Shown here: piece by piece, positions 58,581 through 64,000 of the stretch | Layout: every line of letters starts with the position of its first letter | Position numbering within the stretch: position 1 is the first letter of the stretch | Source of the DNA: Syntrophales bacterium | Lineage (GTDB): Bacteria; Desulfobacterota; Syntrophia; Syntrophales; UBA4778 | Assembly (NCBI GenBank): GCA_963665615.2 | Contig: CAXXQE010000006.1 | Span: 186,001 to 250,000, forward strand | Direction of reading: 5' to 3' | DNA: 64,000 nucleotides | Made by a program: the position numbers and the translations under genes | The notes under the pieces: model-generated | Seen by the model: only the letters and a program-made list of their open reading frames with translations | Told to the model about the DNA's origin: nothing | Database searches by the model: none

Positions 58581-59639
58581 TCAAGAGGGAATGGTTGACT
58601 CTCCAGTCTTCCCCGGCTTGGAACAGGCACAGGCTGGCTTGCAGACCTCTTCCTGAAAACTAGGCGGCCAGTTGCTCGGGTTGTAGCCGGACACCACAGC
58701 GCTTTTCTTTTGTACTGCAGAACGACTGACGACTTCCGGCTCGACGGGGCGCACATACGCCGGACGCAGATGGAAAAAGCCTGTCTTCGAGTCGTGGATG
58801 TCGGCGTGGAAATCCGGGGCAACGTCGACGTTGGCGCAGTCGAGCGCGAGCCCGCAACCCGCCGCCTTCGTCATCATCCAGGTAAGGGCGCAATCGGAGA
58901 GCCCCGTCTCCGGATAGCCGCCGCCGACATCCGAGTGCGCCCCGGGAAACCAGACCTGCCGTCGATCGTCCGTGTTGGGTCCATCCCAGAGGCAGGGCTT
59001 GAAGTCCGCGCGCCGCTCATCGATGGCCAGGGCGTGAAACGCATGCTTCACCGTCGAGCTAAGGGTCACATCGTGAAAATCCCAGGTGTGCCCCAAAAAG
59101 CGGGAGATCACATAATCCGGAACGCCGAGACTGCCGATTGTATCCCAGACACCCAGAAAATGGATATCCGGGATATAGCTGAAGCTGTTCTTAAAATTCA
59201 GAGCAACGTCGGAATTGGGGTCCGTGTCCTTCGAACGGTCGCGGTAGAGTTGGTAGGCTGAAGAGAAGCGGTCCAGGTGACATTTTTTCAGCAGACCGCT
59301 GTTGCGGATCAGCCCGATAATGCTTCGCGCCGTATAGGCCCCGCGACTGAATCCGAAAAGCCAGATCTCGTCTTCCGGCAGGTAATTCGACGCGAGGAAT
59401 CGATAGGCCTCTCCGATGTTCTCCGACAGGCCCACACCGAAAGCGCCGCCCGCGACCTTGTCGCCGAAATTGTCCGTGCCGACGCCATCGTGATAATATG
59501 TAACTTGGGTTATGCCTTTCTCGTCGGCAGGCGCGATCAGCGCCGCCATCTTCGCCACATTGGTCTGACAGGATTGTCCGTGGCTCTCCTCGTCCGGCGT
59601 GTTCCAGGTGCCGTCACAGCAGATAACGATCCGCTTCAT
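58581..59639 (-). CDS. DUF2235 alpha/beta hydrolase (Tle1-like)
   Basis: CCDGTWN, GVGT, GFSRGAYTAR, GVWDT, HALAIDERR and WFPGAHSDVGGGY motifs. Confidence 0.93.
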   Translation of the reverse strand: MKRIVICCDGTWNTPDEESHGQSCQTNVAKMAALIAPADEKGITQVTYYHDGVGTDNFGDKVAGGAFGVGLSENIGEAYRFLASNYLPEDEIWLFGFSRGAYTARSIIGLIRNSGLLKKCHLDRFSSAYQLYRDRSKDTDPNSDVALNFKNSFSYIPDIHFLGVWDTIGSLGVPDYVISRFLGHTWDFHDVTLSSTVKHAFHALAIDERRADFKPCLWDGPNTDDRRQVWFPGAHSDVGGGYPETGLSDCALTWMMTKAAGCGLALDCANVDVAPDFHADIHDSKTGFFHLRPAYVRPVEPEVVSRSAVQKKSAVVSGYNPSNWPPSFQEEVCKPACACSKPGKTGESTIPS

Positions 59640-59948
59640 AGCACACCGCCTTTATTGATTGTTGGGCGCGGTTAAATCACCACGATCGGCAAACCGGATC
59701 TCTTTTCACCTGTCACTCGTGATGCTTCCGTAAAAGGTCAAATCACGTGTCAATCATAAACAAGAGCGCTGCGGGATGGGTCTCGAACGCGAATTCAAGA
59801 TTTTTCCAGCCCGACAGTATAGGCAATCCGGTGCCGAACATGACGGAAAAAGATTTCTGAGCGGCAGAGAGCCGTCCCGTAATGCTCTCTTCATCTTTCA
59901 AATCTTGACTTTTTACGAGTCGGTCACCCGTCGCTCGTCACTATGTTA

Positions 59949-60563
59949 TCAGCCTGGACCGGGGCGACCCGACGGGCCCCAGCGCAGGATCATCGTACGG
60001 CGGACAACTTCATCATAGAGCCGCGCCAACGGCTCGGCCGTCTCAGCGCCTTCGAGGATGCTGACTGCCGACGCAACCGCCTCGATCGTGGACATGCCGT
60101 CCGCGCGTCGCTGGTCCCGCAGGCGCTCTCTGGTCGACGCGGGCGCAGGAAGCGCCAATCGCGGAAGCGATTGCAAGGCAGGCGTCCGGGCAAACAAACG
60201 CCGCGCCAGATGCCAGGTGGCATCCAAAACCACGATGCGTCTGGGCCGCGTCATGCCGGGGTGATCCGGCGGCACATTGATCCCATCGGGCCACAACAGC
60301 CATGTGCCAGGCTTTTTCAGCAAGGCCTCGTCAAGAGGCGGCGATCCGATCCGTTCACCGCCCCCGCAGGAAACGATGCGGGCGTTAGGCATGGCGAGCG
60401 CGACCAGACGGCCCGTATTGCTGGGCCGATTCGTCTCGCCAACGTGGCGGAGAATGACAAACTCCGTTTGCGTCCGAACAACCGGCAGGATCGAACAGAT
60501 GCAGATGTCCCGCCGCAGGCCGCAACGCAGACAATGTCGATCGCGATCATGGGGCGCACGCAT
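59949..60563 (-). CDS. DTW-domain tRNA-uridine aminocarboxypropyltransferase (TapT/YfiP family)
   Basis: C..C......CIC, H..E..R.SNTGRL, LDATW and STIEA motifs. Confidence 0.9.
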   Translation of the reverse strand: MRAPHDRDRHCLRCGLRRDICICSILPVVRTQTEFVILRHVGETNRPSNTGRLVALAMPNARIVSCGGGERIGSPPLDEALLKKPGTWLLWPDGINVPPDHPGMTRPRRIVVLDATWHLARRLFARTPALQSLPRLALPAPASTRERLRDQRRADGMSTIEAVASAVSILEGAETAEPLARLYDEVVRRTMILRWGPSGRPGPG

Positions 60564-60643
60564 GGATGATCCTGAGTGTAGTCATTAAACTAAAATACAT
60601 GTCGTAAAAAACGATGAATTATTATGGGATCTACGGCAAGTTG

Positions 60644-61999
60644 TCAAGAAGGATATCTCCGGGGGGAGACTTTTCGCGACCGGCGCTCCTCGCCAAAATG
60701 TTCGGCCAAATACAGGACAACCGCTGCCGAGAGGCAGCACAGGCCGACGCTCCAAAAGGTCCAGAACCAGTCGGAGGAAACGACGGTCTTTCCGATTGCC
60801 ATCTGCCCCGGCTGCGCGCCTCCCAGCTGTGAACCGATCGTCTCGGCCAGCGCATAGACGGGGAGCATCAAGGCATAGATGAGCGCAAAGCGCTTTCCCC
60901 CTGCCCAATCGACCATCAAAACCGGAAAAACCGCCATGATGCCCGTTACACCGGCGCCAACCACGCAGGCGGCAAAGATCAACGGCTTCGCACCGCCCCC
61001 CATTTGATAGAGCAAAAAGATCGCAAACCCTTGAATGACGCAGAGGGTCACGGCTGCCCAACGTGAACCGATGCTGTCGGCGGCGGTTCCCCAGAGAACA
61101 CCTCCCATAATGCCCATCAGAAAGAGGGAAGCCATGGCCCAGCCCGACGCGGCAAAGGCAAGCTCGCTTTCAAATCCTGAGGCCTTGAGTGCCGTAAAGC
61201 CGAAAGGTCCAATCGCGTTGATGACGGTAAACCCGGGAAGAGACGATAACGCAAGGCCGACAGCGAGCATCGCAAATCGGGGCGTTCTGATGAGATCGAG
61301 CGGCGACAACCCCTCCGAGGTCGCGGTCGAGGACGCCTGTGGCGGCGGGGGCGGCGCGGCCCCGTACAGATAAGGCGACGGCTCAATCATGCACCGGATA
61401 CCCAGAAGGATCATCACGGCGCTGATGGCCCCGAAGAGGATAAAAACGCTCCGCACGCCATCGCAACTGAAAAAACTCAGGGTATTTAACAGGCCGAACC
61501 ATTCATCGGCCGCGTTGATCCAAACGAACGCCCCCAAAACGAAACTGGAAGCGGCCACGCCGGCAAACGTGCCCCGTCTGTCTGGAAACCAGCGAAAGCC
61601 CATAGTCAGAGGTAACAGAAAACCCAGACCGATGCCGAAGCCGACGAACCCGCCGACGAAGAAAAGGTGCGTCGAAAAATGATCGGCAAAACCGGCAAAG
61701 ACGTACCCTGCACAGGATAGTAAGGCGCCAACCAGAGCAAGCTTGCGGCCGCCGAACCGCTCCGCCAGCAAAACGGAGGCGATTGCGCCAGCGGACAGCG
61801 TAAAGAGCGCGATCGAGAAAACCCAGGACGACTGCCCCGGTTCAAAGACAGTCCGTCCCGCGCCGGTGCGGAGCTGCGGCGCAAAAATAAGCCAGGCATA
61901 GAGCAGGCCGTAGGCCATCTCGATCAATACCGTCCCGAGGGGGACCAACAGGCGGTCACGCATTCTCTGTCTGGCTGCATTCCTTACGTTGATTGCCAT
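60644..61999 (-). CDS. MFS transporter (OFA-like)
   Basis: About 12 hydrophobic segments; G.LYAW..F and RWFPDRRG motifs. Confidence 0.85.
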   Translation of the reverse strand: MAINVRNAARQRMRDRLLVPLGTVLIEMAYGLLYAWLIFAPQLRTGAGRTVFEPGQSSWVFSIALFTLSAGAIASVLLAERFGGRKLALVGALLSCAGYVFAGFADHFSTHLFFVGGFVGFGIGLGFLLPLTMGFRWFPDRRGTFAGVAASSFVLGAFVWINAADEWFGLLNTLSFFSCDGVRSVFILFGAISAVMILLGIRCMIEPSPYLYGAAPPPPPQASSTATSEGLSPLDLIRTPRFAMLAVGLALSSLPGFTVINAIGPFGFTALKASGFESELAFAASGWAMASLFLMGIMGGVLWGTAADSIGSRWAAVTLCVIQGFAIFLLYQMGGGAKPLIFAACVVGAGVTGIMAVFPVLMVDWAGGKRFALIYALMLPVYALAETIGSQLGGAQPGQMAIGKTVVSSDWFWTFWSVGLCCLSAAVVLYLAEHFGEERRSRKVSPRRYPS

Positions 62000-62020
62000 G
62001 GCGATGATTTGTTGCCTCCC

Positions 62021-62602
62021 TCAGGTTGCTGCCTCAACCGGCGGTTGCTCCGGAAAGAGATCCCGCACCCCGATGGCACTGTGGGCATCGATCTCGTCGG
62101 CTCGAAGCTCCAGAATCCGACACCGCTGCAAGAGCGCCTCGACGCCAAGGCGGTTATCTCTGACCTGGGCCTCGATGCGGTGGATGCACCGATCCGAATA
62201 GACGGCGTACAGCGGGTGCCACCCGCGATCGGTTGCGGGAACAACGACATCGTATTTTTCCAGACGCCGCATCATATAGTTTATCAAGACGGGATCGACA
62301 AGAGGCATGACGCAGCTGCCGATAAAGGCCGCCCCGTGTGTGATATGGAAAAGGCCGCTGTAAATCGCATCGACGAGCCCTCTATCCGGGTGAATCACGC
62401 CGACGAGTTCCACATCGATCCCGGTGAGTGCGCCGACTCGCGACGTCACCAGCAGAATCTCTTCAAAAAGCGGCCTGAGGTCGGTTACGAGCCGGTCGAT
62501 ATGCGCCAGATCGCGATCCGTCTGGGCACCAGGCCCCGCTACCGTCAGACCGAAGGCGTCCACAAGGACAGCGCTCATCTTTGTTGAGCCGGTTGTCTTC
62601 AT
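62021..62602 (-). CDS. Degenerate MobA-like nucleotidyltransferase-fold protein
   Basis: LRPLFEEILLVT, IYSGL, C.MP, DVVVP and HPLYAVYS match MobA; catalytic motifs are missing. Start uncertain. Confidence 0.7.
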   Translation of the reverse strand: MKTTGSTKMSAVLVDAFGLTVAGPGAQTDRDLAHIDRLVTDLRPLFEEILLVTSRVGALTGIDVELVGVIHPDRGLVDAIYSGLFHITHGAAFIGSCVMPLVDPVLINYMMRRLEKYDVVVPATDRGWHPLYAVYSDRCIHRIEAQVRDNRLGVEALLQRCRILELRADEIDAHSAIGVRDLFPEQPPVEAAT

Positions 62603-62748
62603 GCGGCAGCAATACAATGAAAGGATGGACAGGTCAATGCAATTCTGGCGACTTGCGCCTCCATTCGGATGGATTTTATCGCTTTTTGTCTTGCTAAATT
62701 ACGTCCCAGATTGTAAGAAAAGGCAAAAAAATTCCGGAGAAACGTCGC

Positions 62749-64000
62749 ATGTACTGGGAACAAGACATCGAAACCATGTCGCGCGATCAGCTGGCGGCCC
62801 TGCAATTGGCGCGACTCAAGGAAACGGTTCGAACCGCCGTTTCATCGCCGCACTATGGCCCTCTTTTCAAGGAGATCGGCCTCGCCCCCGACGATATCGC
62901 TTCACTCGACATCCTAGAAAAAATCCCCCTGACCACGAAAGACGATTTGAGAAATGACTGGCCCTACGGCTTCCTTGCCGTCGGAAAGGACGAACTGGTG
63001 CGGATGCATTCGTCCTCCGGCACGACGGGACGTGCGACCGTCATCTTTCACACCGCGCAGGATCTGGCAGCCTGGACCAACCTGCTGGCCCGCTGCATGT
63101 ACATGACCGGCGTGCGCAGATCCGATGTCTTTCAGAACATGATGACCTACGGCCTCTTTACCGGCGGTCTGGGCTTCCATTACGGGGCCGAGAAGATCGG
63201 GGCGCTCGTCATCCCCGCCGGGGCAGGCAACAGCAAACGCCAAATCCAGCTGATGCGCGACTTCGGCACCACCGTCGTCCACATCATCCCGAGTTACGCC
63301 ATGCACCTCTATACGGTCTTCGAGGAACTGAACCTCGTCCCCGCCAGAGATACGCAGGTCCGGATCGCCTTTCTGGGCGCCGAACCCCACTCGGAAAAGA
63401 TGAGAAAACGCATCGAAGAACTCTACGGCTTCAAGGCGTTCAACTCCTACGGTCTCTCGGAGATGAACGGTCCCGGCGTCGCCTTCGAGTGCCCGTATCA
63501 AAACGGCATGCATATCTGGGAGGACAACTTCATCGTCGAGGTGATCGACCCGGTCACCCTGAAACCCGTCCCGGACGGCACCGAGGGCGAGCTTGTCATG
63601 ACCACCCTGATGCGGCGCGGGATGCCGATCCTGCGTTACCGGACCAAGGATCTGACGCGGATCATCCCCGGTCCCTGCGCGTGCGGCCGAACCCATCGTC
63701 GGATCGAGCGGATCAAGGGTCGGACCGACGATATGCTCATCCTCAAGGGCGTCAACATTTACCCGATCCAGATCGAAAAGATCCTCATGGCTATGCCGGA
63801 GGTCGGTTCCAACTTCCTGATTGTCCTGGAAACCGAGGGTTTCAACGACAACATGACCGTTCAGGTGGAGGTCCAGAAGGCGTTTTTCGACGGAGAAGTC
63901 AGCCACATGGAAAAGCTGCGCCGCCGGATCGTCGAGGCCCTGAAGAGCGATCTGCTCATCACCCCGCGTGTCCAGATCCTCGCTCCAGGCACGCTGCCGG
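62749..64000 (+). CDS. paaK: Phenylacetate--CoA ligase family protein (3' truncated by window)
   Basis: GGAG RBS; MYWEQDIETMSRDQL, PLTTKDDLR, HSSSGTTG, YGLFTGGLG, YGLSEM and GRTDDMLILKGVN. Confidence 0.92.
   Translation, partial: MYWEQDIETMSRDQLAALQLARLKETVRTAVSSPHYGPLFKEIGLAPDDIASLDILEKIPLTTKDDLRNDWPYGFLAVGKDELVRMHSSSGTTGRATVIFHTAQDLAAWTNLLARCMYMTGVRRSDVFQNMMTYGLFTGGLGFHYGAEKIGALVIPAGAGNSKRQIQLMRDFGTTVVHIIPSYAMHLYTVFEELNLVPARDTQVRIAFLGAEPHSEKMRKRIEELYGFKAFNSYGLSEMNGPGVAFECPYQNGMHIWEDNFIVEVIDPVTLKPVPDGTEGELVMTTLMRRGMPILRYRTKDLTRIIPGPCACGRTHRRIERIKGRTDDMLILKGVNIYPIQIEKILMAMPEVGSNFLIVLETEGFNDNMTVQVEVQKAFFDGEVSHMEKLRRRIVEALKSDLLITPRVQILAPGTLP

Noticed and set aside
58581..59639. Type VI secretion effector-immunity locus
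   Set aside because: DUF2235 occurs widely outside T6SS loci. There is no vgrG, PAAR or hcp, and no recognisable immunity gene here.
62914..63906. 330-aa minus-strand ORF
   Set aside because: Antisense to the clear paaK reading frame, which the ORF track omits because it has no stop in the window.

Overview
This is a bacterial chromosomal window. Gene content (PxxKW protein, DUF6125, NifB/NifX-family genes, many sigma54 systems) points to an anaerobic deltaproteobacterium, probably Syntrophales/Desulfobacterota-like; that assignment is inference. The left third is conserved core: rsmI, tRNA-Val(GAC), thrS-infC-rpmI-rplT-pheST-ihfA-merR, plsB, ptsHI, envelope lipoproteins and ctpA. The middle (25-43 kb) is a dense signalling region with a ZraSR/ZraP-like module, two NarL-type regulators, three more PAS kinases and a lone glycogen-synthase-like gene. 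The right part holds an OrpR-like sigma54 regulon, a YbhGFSR-like ABC exporter, a PemK/MazF toxin-antitoxin pair, an accessory cassette, a DUF2235 hydrolase, tapT, an MFS transporter, a degenerate mobA and a partial paaK. No CRISPR array, rRNA, transposase or prophage was seen. Most notable observations: (1) about 10 dispersed copies of a ~118-bp twin-hairpin repeat, some supplying stop codons or a Shine-Dalgarno sequence to host genes; (2) three co-oriented copies of a 40-bp tandem operator that suggest a local regulon; (3) a 115-aa protein resembling only the flagellin C-terminus, behind a near-perfect sigma28 promoter; (4) a LolA-like/cutinase-like fusion gene bounded by inverted repeats and bracketed by a duplicated DUF2235 3' end; (5) a palindromic MITE-like element with an IHF site in its loop; (6) four +1 homopolymer frameshifts within 3 kb, probably sequencing error. 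All alignments were done by eye.
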